A DNA stretch of 64,000 nucleotides from a virus. The DNA lies in the IMG/VR virus record IMGVR_UViG_3300034092_002634, positions 18,653 to 82,652 of that record. The stretch is one strand, 5' to 3'. Position 1 is the stretch's first letter, and the number at the start of each line of letters is the position of its first letter. Below the pieces are notes generated by a model. That model did not search any database, was not told the origin of the DNA, and worked only from the letters and a program-made list of their open reading frames with translations. The translations under genes and the position numbers were made by a program. Below, one piece after another: positions 57,592-64,000 of the stretch.

Positions 57592-57935
57592 TATTCGTTA
57601 CCTGTAGGTGCGTCAAAACGCATCTTAATTGTGTAAGCAGCACTTGCAAACATAGACTTGTGATACTCCAGCGACTTAACATAAGCTTCGTGTTCTGCAA
57701 ACTGTGCTTTGAGCTCGGCCAGCTCATCAAGCAGCGAAGAGGTCTCCTGAATTTTACGGGATCTAGCTACGTTGCTTCGTGGCTTGTCCTCTTCTACAGC
57801 AATCTGCTGCTCAATGCGCTCAATATCCCGCTCTTTTAGAATGATCATCTGCTTTAGCCTTCCGTATCCCTTGTAAGCCTGAGTCACTTCATAGTAGTCG
57901 GGTGAATTCTGTACCCACATTTCTAAATCACTCAC
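57591..57935 (-). CDS. Coiled-coil protein, possibly UvsY-like mediator
   Basis: Helical ORF adjacent to recA. Confidence 0.35.
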   Translation of the reverse strand: MSDLEMWVQNSPDYYEVTQAYKGYGRLKQMIILKERDIERIEQQIAVEEDKPRSNVARSRKIQETSSLLDELAELKAQFAEHEAYVKSLEYHKSMFASAAYTIKMRFDAPTGNE

Positions 57936-58887
57936 CGAGTTGCTCCTCTAGGCACTTATTGATTTTCTCTGTCAAAGAGTCTAAATCAAAAGTAAGTACA
58001 CAATTGTCCATTCCCTGAGCCTTCTGGCCCTGATACTCGTACCATGCTCCAGACTTCTGAATTATATCATATTCCAGAGCTAACGACATAATGTCGTACG
58101 AGGGCGCCAAGCCTTTACCTTTTAGCATTATGTATTCACACTTCTGCCCCTCAGCGGCTTGCTTATTCTTAGATATCGTTGCCTGTATGTGAGACTTTTC
58201 TTCTTCGTTCTTTATCTTGACTAGGTCAAGGATAATGCGGCTAAAGTAGCGCAAAGATCGAGGACCGAACGGCTTCTTCTCTGAACGAGCCATGGGTGAG
58301 ATATTTGCACGGTACTGATTAATAAAGATAAACAATGCGTCTGCATTGTCTACCGGACCAATAAGGCGGATAATCCATCGAGACAGAAGGTTAGCGGCAC
58401 CTGCCATACGTGCTGGATCGTCCACTTCCTTCTCAAATTCATCCTTTGTCACAATAGCAGGAACCGAATCGAATACTACAATTTGAATACCCTGATTAAG
58501 AAAGTATTCAATTTGCGGTAAGCATTGCTCGGCATAGTCTGGGCGGTATACCAACAGCTTCGACACGTCAACACCGATAGTTTTGGCGTAGTCGGTGTCG
58601 AATGTACGTTCGAGATCGACAAATAAAGCGTTGACGAGTCGAGTAGTTTTGCCTATAGTAAGACTGACATCCTTAATACCGAGCTTCTGCGCTTGAGATA
58701 CGTAATCCAGCGCCAAAGTAGTTTTGCCGTGGCCCGGTTCAGCCAGCAGTTGCATGATGGTTCCGCCGCGAACTCCCTTTGAACTACCCATAGCTCTGTT
58801 GAGTGAGCGGATAGAGGAGGGAAAGTATTGATGAGATCGTGGGGTATCACCAAAATCCATGCCGTCTAGGTTTAGTTTCTTAGCCAC
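57928..58887 (-). CDS. recA: RecA/UvsX recombinase
   Basis: AEPGHGKTT, DLE, VFDSV, FINQYR, KSGAWY. Confidence 0.9.
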   Translation of the reverse strand: MAKKLNLDGMDFGDTPRSHQYFPSSIRSLNRAMGSSKGVRGGTIMQLLAEPGHGKTTLALDYVSQAQKLGIKDVSLTIGKTTRLVNALFVDLERTFDTDYAKTIGVDVSKLLVYRPDYAEQCLPQIEYFLNQGIQIVVFDSVPAIVTKDEFEKEVDDPARMAGAANLLSRWIIRLIGPVDNADALFIFINQYRANISPMARSEKKPFGPRSLRYFSRIILDLVKIKNEEEKSHIQATISKNKQAAEGQKCEYIMLKGKGLAPSYDIMSLALEYDIIQKSGAWYEYQGQKAQGMDNCVLTFDLDSLTEKINKCLEEQLGE

Positions 58888-58897
58888 AAGTCGCTCC

Positions 58898-60844
58898 TTA
58901 CTTATCGTATTTCATTGTAATCGCTGGATCTACCTCGACCGTGCTCCCCAGATTGGGAAGTACTTCTCTTGCAGACTCTTCCATCGCCTGCTTTAGAATA
59001 ATCCTCGCTTCCTCTGCGTAGTCTTTGGTACTCTCCAAGATAATCTCGTCGTGCACCGTAGAGACAATGACCGCTCGCTTCATATCCAAACGCTCGAAGG
59101 TCTTGATTAAGGCCAACTTCACCATTGTAGCAGACAGCGCCTGAATAGGAAAATTCGCTGCCTCTCGTTCAGCAGCCTCCTTCTTCCACTTCATTGTAAA
59201 GTCATCCCTGTTCCAGAATCTTTTACGGCCGAAGCTATCTGCTACCCAGCCGTTTACAACGGCCGACCTAGAACTCTTCTTAAGCCACTTAGTGGCCTCC
59301 GGAAACATCGCCTTCCACTGCTCTATTATCAAGTCTCCCTGCTTGGGTGAGTATTTAGCGCCCACGGGAGCCAGTTTAATAGTCATCTGCTTAGCCAGAT
59401 TATCCCCGCCGACTGAATAAGCGATCGAGTAATTAACCATCTTAGCGGCCTCTCTCCATACTTTATAAGGATGTTCCTTCTTGTTATCCGTAGTTATGTC
59501 CTCTACCTTCAGCACATGCTTTGCAACGTACGTGTGCAAGTCATCCAGGTTGGCAATCAAACCCTCGTCACCACTGGCATCAGCAATGATTACCAATTCA
59601 ATAGTTGAGTAGTCTGCTATAATCATTCGGCGGCTTTCGTTCTTCACTGCGAATGCGTGTCGAATACTCTGCCCAATTCCCAAGTCCTTCATCTTTTGAT
59701 CCGAAGGCAGGTTCTGTAGGTTAGGACGTGAACTACTAAACCGCCCGGTAGCCGCTCCGACTTGGTTAAAGGTGCAGTGAATGCGTCCCGTAACTGGGTT
59801 CTCCATCTCCTGCAAGCCCCGAACGTAAGTGGACTGAAGCTTGCGAGCACCTACAAGAAATGCATAGGAATTCAAACGGTAGTTATCGTACCTACCGTAA
59901 GACTCAATCGAACCGACAAGATCCCCATCGAACTGAGCAGTGTCCACTACGTGATCTTTGGCAGTCTTACGGTTCTTAAAGTCCCACTCGGTGACCGTCT
60001 GAGCGTTTAGATTCTCTAGGTCCATCTCGAGAGAGTGGAAGTACTTCAACATTTGTTGGTTAGAGGCGGTGTTAATTGCTGAGTACCCGTCCCTCGTAAA
60101 CACAATCTCTTCGGCTACCCCCGCATCGATCACCATGCGTTGCAACATCTTCTCAGCGTTGTCTATAAGCGTTTCAAACGTGGGCTCCATCTGCTTTAAG
60201 TGGCTGGCATTAAACGGCATACCGAAGTACTCCATCATGGCGACAACCTTTGTAAGCTTAGATTCAAGCCTATACACATTCTGCATGCTGTGCTGCTTTA
60301 TCTCGGCAATCTGCTGCAGAAAGATATCCTTAAGAACAATTACATCCTTGGCTGCGTACTCAATCTGCTCACTGCTAATACCCGCAAAGGACTCGGATAC
60401 AAACTGAGTCCGAATCGTTTTGTCTAGCGTGACATTCAGACGACGCTGCGAGATGCTTGCTAGGTCGTTGCGTACACCTACAATACCAGCACAAAGCAAC
60501 GCCTCGGTAACACGAGTATCGTGTATAGGGTCGACGACAAACCTACCAGCCTGATAGAAAACCTTTATGTCGAAGCTCGCATTCTGAAACACTTTAATAA
60601 TCGTTGGGTCGGTAAGCAATGCTGCAAAACAAGCAACATGCTCCACAGGTATAAGGGTAAAATCGTATACAAACACTTCCTCAAACGTAGCAATTTGCAC
60701 GAGAAGCAGCATCGACATTCTGGGATCAAGCCCTGTGGTCTCTGTGTCCACTAGCAAGCGCCGTGGATTTCTATTGAGCTGCTCTTCAATAGTAATTAAA
60801 GACTGCTCGAGATCCTGCAACGACTTCACAACGTTAACCTTCAT
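58898..60844 (-). CDS. polA: Family A DNA polymerase with 3'-5' exonuclease
   Basis: DTETTGL, TGRFSS..PNLQN, ADYSTIE, AKMVNYSIAY, NFPIQ, VHDEI. Confidence 0.93.
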   Translation of the reverse strand: MKVNVVKSLQDLEQSLITIEEQLNRNPRRLLVDTETTGLDPRMSMLLLVQIATFEEVFVYDFTLIPVEHVACFAALLTDPTIIKVFQNASFDIKVFYQAGRFVVDPIHDTRVTEALLCAGIVGVRNDLASISQRRLNVTLDKTIRTQFVSESFAGISSEQIEYAAKDVIVLKDIFLQQIAEIKQHSMQNVYRLESKLTKVVAMMEYFGMPFNASHLKQMEPTFETLIDNAEKMLQRMVIDAGVAEEIVFTRDGYSAINTASNQQMLKYFHSLEMDLENLNAQTVTEWDFKNRKTAKDHVVDTAQFDGDLVGSIESYGRYDNYRLNSYAFLVGARKLQSTYVRGLQEMENPVTGRIHCTFNQVGAATGRFSSSRPNLQNLPSDQKMKDLGIGQSIRHAFAVKNESRRMIIADYSTIELVIIADASGDEGLIANLDDLHTYVAKHVLKVEDITTDNKKEHPYKVWREAAKMVNYSIAYSVGGDNLAKQMTIKLAPVGAKYSPKQGDLIIEQWKAMFPEATKWLKKSSRSAVVNGWVADSFGRKRFWNRDDFTMKWKKEAAEREAANFPIQALSATMVKLALIKTFERLDMKRAVIVSTVHDEIILESTKDYAEEARIILKQAMEESAREVLPNLGSTVEVDPAITMKYDK

Positions 60845-61148
60845 GGCGAATCTCCAAGGAGTAATCGGCGAACATAAACGCAACACCGTTCCGTATAGCT
60901 ACTAGAGTATAATCCTCCTGCACTACGACTAATGCCCCCGCCTCACAAACGAGGCGAAGGCACTTGGGTGTGTACGATTTACCGTCCGAGTTCTTTCGTT
61001 TCTCGGGAGGATTAGCCATCCCCGTCAGCTTTTGAGACTCGGCTGTCAGCAGGGTTGTGACAAACGATAGGTTGTCAAACTTCACCGTAACCTGCTTGCC
61101 GTACATTGGCGATAGTAGTACCTGTTCTGGAAACTCTTTTGTCTTCAT
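60834..61148 (-). CDS. Hypothetical protein
   Basis: Coupled ORF. Confidence 0.5.
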   Translation of the reverse strand: MKTKEFPEQVLLSPMYGKQVTVKFDNLSFVTTLLTAESQKLTGMANPPEKRKNSDGKSYTPKCLRLVCEAGALVVVQEDYTLVAIRNGVAFMFADYSLEIRHEG

Positions 61149-61750
61149 ACCTCGTCTATTAGCTCCTTAAATCGCTCAAGCGTCATGAGGTAATATAGCA
61201 CGAAGTCTATGGTGACACAAGCAATACCAGATCCTTCTTTACAGACAAGCGAACGAGCTTGAGGCATCGCAAATGTTTTTGTTTTGAGATTGTCAAAACT
61301 TAGCTCAGCCGTAGCCTCTAAGGCTATCTTTACGACCTTTCGCATATCTGCGGACCTGATCAGTACAAAGTCTTCAGGCCTGCCGTGATACCTATAGACG
61401 AGCATTCCAAACACTGCATTCATTTGCTGAGCTTCTCGATGAATCTTCTGCAACCATGCCTTACTAATTGTTATTGACGGGCCGTGCCTGTCAAATAGCT
61501 CCGTTAACTTACACTCTATTAAGTATCTACCTGGTCGGTTAGCAAAGAGAACTGTAACATCCCCTTTGCTATTTCCGGCACCAGACTGGGGAGTTCGATC
61601 TCCACCTAAATACTTAGCTATGCGGCGTTCCATGGTCTTAGCTCTCTGACGATTAAGGCGGTTGCGTTGCCGCCGTTCTTCTTTAAGCTGCTCTGCGGTT
61701 TGTGGACTAGTAATCGGCTTGCTGACTACTGAACTTTTGCGTACTCCCAT
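61145..61750 (-). CDS. Holliday junction resolvase-like PD-(D/E)XK nuclease
   Basis: ERRIAKYLGG..SGA...GDV...IECK. Confidence 0.7.
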   Translation of the reverse strand: MGVRKSSVVSKPITSPQTAEQLKEERRQRNRLNRQRAKTMERRIAKYLGGDRTPQSGAGNSKGDVTVLFANRPGRYLIECKLTELFDRHGPSITISKAWLQKIHREAQQMNAVFGMLVYRYHGRPEDFVLIRSADMRKVVKIALEATAELSFDNLKTKTFAMPQARSLVCKEGSGIACVTIDFVLYYLMTLERFKELIDEV

Positions 61751-62912
61751 TAAATATCACCGTGCTCACTCCGAGCTTCCCATTACGATTTTTATGAAAC
61801 TTCAAACTAATAGCGCGATTTCCGGCATCGTCAGGGACGTCATCAATAGGCGCCATTTCAATGACTGCGTCTGCTACCTGAGCTACCTCACCCGAGTCGC
61901 GGACAGCGTCTAAACCTTCCCTACCCTTGGTCATTTGGCTGAGCAGTACAATTGCAATGTTAGCTTCCTTGGCTGCTTCCTTCAATGTCTGAGCCACCTC
62001 ACCAAGGTCGTTGTTACGATTCGATGTAGGCGAATGACGAACAATCTGTAGATAGTCCAAAAACACTACCTTACAGCCAACTCGTGCGGAGTCGCGTATC
62101 TCTTTGCGTATCGTCGACAAACCAATTGTAGGGTCGTCGATAACAGACATAGGTAAGGACTGAAGATACATTACGGCCTGCTCAATCTTATCAGCCTGCT
62201 CTTTGTTTACACGACCGAACTGAAGATTACTGGCATCCATCTTTAACAGGTAAGCAACCCAGCGGCTAATCAACTGCTCCTTGCTCATTTCTAAAGAAAA
62301 GAAAAGAGATCGGGTACTGTACTGCCGCGCCATTTCTAGCATCGACTGACCAATAAGAGCAGTCTTGCCAGTTCCCGGCTTGGCCATGATAATGTTCAGC
62401 GTCTTCGGCAACCACTCCCCACCGAGCATCGTGTCCAAAAACTTAATACCTGTGTGTGTAAACTTGTACGTACCATCTATCTTTTGATTAAGATCTCCAA
62501 GCATACGTTGAGCGCCTGGCACAAGAGTAGTGTCGTGCGACTGCAGTATCGGTGCAAAGTTCAATGCACCTTCAATCTTCTCTTCGTTAGGGTAGTACTG
62601 GCGGGATTCAAAGTCAAGCGCCTTAGCTGCCTCAAATAGCTGCCGACGTCTGCCTATAAAGCCTAGCTCGTCGATCACTGCCTGCTGATTTACATTTACC
62701 TGAACAAGCATTTGTGCCGGAACATCTCCAGCCAAAGCCATGCGCATAACCTCGTACGAACACTCACCGTAGCGAACGTAAGCGTCCTTCATAGCAAGAA
62801 GTATGTCTTTGCGTTCATCAGAGAACAGTGCAGGAGTAATGATGTGCAGACTTTCTGGGTTGGCCATTAAAGATGATAGAAGTCTCCACTCAGCGTCCTT
62901 GTCGTAGTACAT
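61707..62912 (-). CDS. dnaB: DnaB-like replicative helicase
   Basis: AKPGTGKT, FSLEM, LDYLQ, LLSQ, RDSG..QVAD, KNRNG. Confidence 0.93.
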   Translation of the reverse strand: MYYDKDAEWRLLSSLMANPESLHIITPALFSDERKDILLAMKDAYVRYGECSYEVMRMALAGDVPAQMLVQVNVNQQAVIDELGFIGRRRQLFEAAKALDFESRQYYPNEEKIEGALNFAPILQSHDTTLVPGAQRMLGDLNQKIDGTYKFTHTGIKFLDTMLGGEWLPKTLNIIMAKPGTGKTALIGQSMLEMARQYSTRSLFFSLEMSKEQLISRWVAYLLKMDASNLQFGRVNKEQADKIEQAVMYLQSLPMSVIDDPTIGLSTIRKEIRDSARVGCKVVFLDYLQIVRHSPTSNRNNDLGEVAQTLKEAAKEANIAIVLLSQMTKGREGLDAVRDSGEVAQVADAVIEMAPIDDVPDDAGNRAISLKFHKNRNGKLGVSTVIFNGSTQKFSSQQADY

Positions 62913-63825
62913 ATGGCCTCCGTAATAATTGAGCCCATTCATTGTAAGGAAGGGCCTTGCTTAAGATTAGTGTAAACTCGGCAGGACCCTTTGTCAACAA
63001 GTAGGTATCCAAGTCCATCTTGTTTTGTTTGCCCAGAGGAAGCGTAGCAATTCGTAAGTTTGGGAGTCGTTGAGCCAGCTTATCAACTGCCTGATACACG
63101 GACTCTCTTACAGAGGATTGTGCTTGTGAGTCAAACACGACAGTCTGAGTTCCCTTGGCCATAGAGCGCAGTCTCCAGCGCCATACCGCAATACCCGGAA
63201 GTCCTACTGCCTTAAAGCCAAACTGACTAGCTACAATGGTCTTTATTTCTCCCTCGGTGATCAGATGGTCGTACTTGAGATCTTCTGCGTTGTAAGGCCA
63301 CTCACCAGCGCCTCTAGAAGATGTTGTACCAAACGGTCCCTTGTACTTTGGCTCAGCATTAATCATAGATCTTCCGCGGATGTCTACGACGCCTGAAGTC
63401 AGCGGGTCGAGGTAAGGGAAGGTTAGCCTGTCTGCGAGCGTTGGCGTGCCTCCTGAGGTCATCAAACCAGACTTTAGAAACATATCAGAGCGCCCGCGAT
63501 CAAACGCCTGAGTACTTGGGCAATACCCAATCCGCAACCGTTGAATAGACTCGTCTGTAATTCCACGCTCGCGAGCATATGCTCGTGCCTGTGGCGTAAG
63601 GCAAGCATGATAATAGTTTGCTATCTCAGTATATACTTCCCGTATCTCTAAAAGATCGGCGGGCTCTCCTTGAAATGGCAGACCGCGCTCTGAATCGTAT
63701 TGCTCAGCCTTTTCAGGAGATGAGCGATACTCACAGTTAAAGCAGTAAGCCATCCCGTTATCGGGAGTTACGTAGAGGTTATCCCCTCCGCAGCTGGGAC
63801 ATTCAGACTTGTAGCCCCTTCCCAT
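62890..63825 (-). CDS. DNA primase (Zn ribbon plus TOPRIM)
   Basis: CPSC...CFNC, ERGI, PKY, ITEGEIK, FDS, DLD. Confidence 0.85.
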   Translation of the reverse strand: MGRGYKSECPSCGGDNLYVTPDNGMAYCFNCEYRSSPEKAEQYDSERGLPFQGEPADLLEIREVYTEIANYYHACLTPQARAYARERGITDESIQRLRIGYCPSTQAFDRGRSDMFLKSGLMTSGGTPTLADRLTFPYLDPLTSGVVDIRGRSMINAEPKYKGPFGTTSSRGAGEWPYNAEDLKYDHLITEGEIKTIVASQFGFKAVGLPGIAVWRWRLRSMAKGTQTVVFDSQAQSSVRESVYQAVDKLAQRLPNLRIATLPLGKQNKMDLDTYLLTKGPAEFTLILSKALPYNEWAQLLRRPYVLRQGR

Positions 63826-63837
63826 AGCGCCTCCAAA

Positions 63838-63870
63838 TAAAAAAGTGGGCGGTGTGGTTAGCACCGCCCG
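63838..63870 (-). terminator. Terminator upstream of primase
   Basis: GGGCGGTG/CACCGCCC stem plus minus-strand T run. Confidence 0.65.
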
Positions 63871-63883
63871 AGACAAGAGAGAA

Positions 63884-64000
63884 CTAGTCGTCAAATAATG
63901 TGTCAGCAGCCGGCACAGCGGGAGTGCGTTCAGGTGTTGCGTTCATCTGCTTAGCAACAACCTGTGCAACTGTTTGTTCAGAGCGCTCAATTAGATGAAC
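63884..64000 (-). CDS. 3' end of gene, possibly ssDNA-binding protein
   Basis: Ends ...PAVPAADTLFDD*, an acidic/aromatic SSB-like tail. Confidence 0.35.
   Translation of the reverse strand, partial: VHLIERSEQTVAQVVAKQMNATPERTPAVPAADTLFDD

Noticed and set aside
1-64000. Alternative genetic code (stop recoding)
   Set aside because: Long conserved genes are intact in code 11 and end at TAA, TAG and TGA; no suppressor tRNA seen.

Overview
64 kb of a large tailed dsDNA phage genome (siphovirus-like layout, standard genetic code, no integrase or CRISPR seen; host possibly Chloroflexota, inferred weakly). Layout: (1) 1-20.9 kb, minus strand: head/tail genes ending in a giant ORF (13264 to beyond position 1, at least 4421 aa, absent from the ORF track) at the tape-measure position. 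By hand translation it carries PP2C-phosphatase, Nudix, ADP-ribosyltransferase-like and DEDDh-exonuclease domains plus ~170-aa repeats. (2) 21.1-36.7 kb, mostly plus strand: MazG, class II RNR, terminase (intein in Walker A), portal, lysis genes, a glycosyltransferase and a Ycf45-like AAA ATPase. (3) 37.2-48.3 kb, plus strand: an early/host-takeover-like array of ~25 small genes (ArdC, DUF1281, GP88-like) with two perfect type II hammerhead ribozymes near its ends. Nearly every intergenic gap holds a covarying RNA structure just after the upstream stop codon (10 copies of one H-type pseudoknot, 5 of a second, 3 of a hairpin). (4) 48.3-48.9 kb non-coding, with phased DnaA-type boxes. (5) 48.9-64 kb, minus strand: glucosaminidase, three tRNAs, GT/MTase/Nmad1, thyX and the replication module (RecA, PolA, resolvase, DnaB, primase). 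The best candidates for novelty are the ribozyme/pseudoknot-punctuated early array and the multi-enzyme tape-measure-position protein. All calls come from motif reading; no searches were run.
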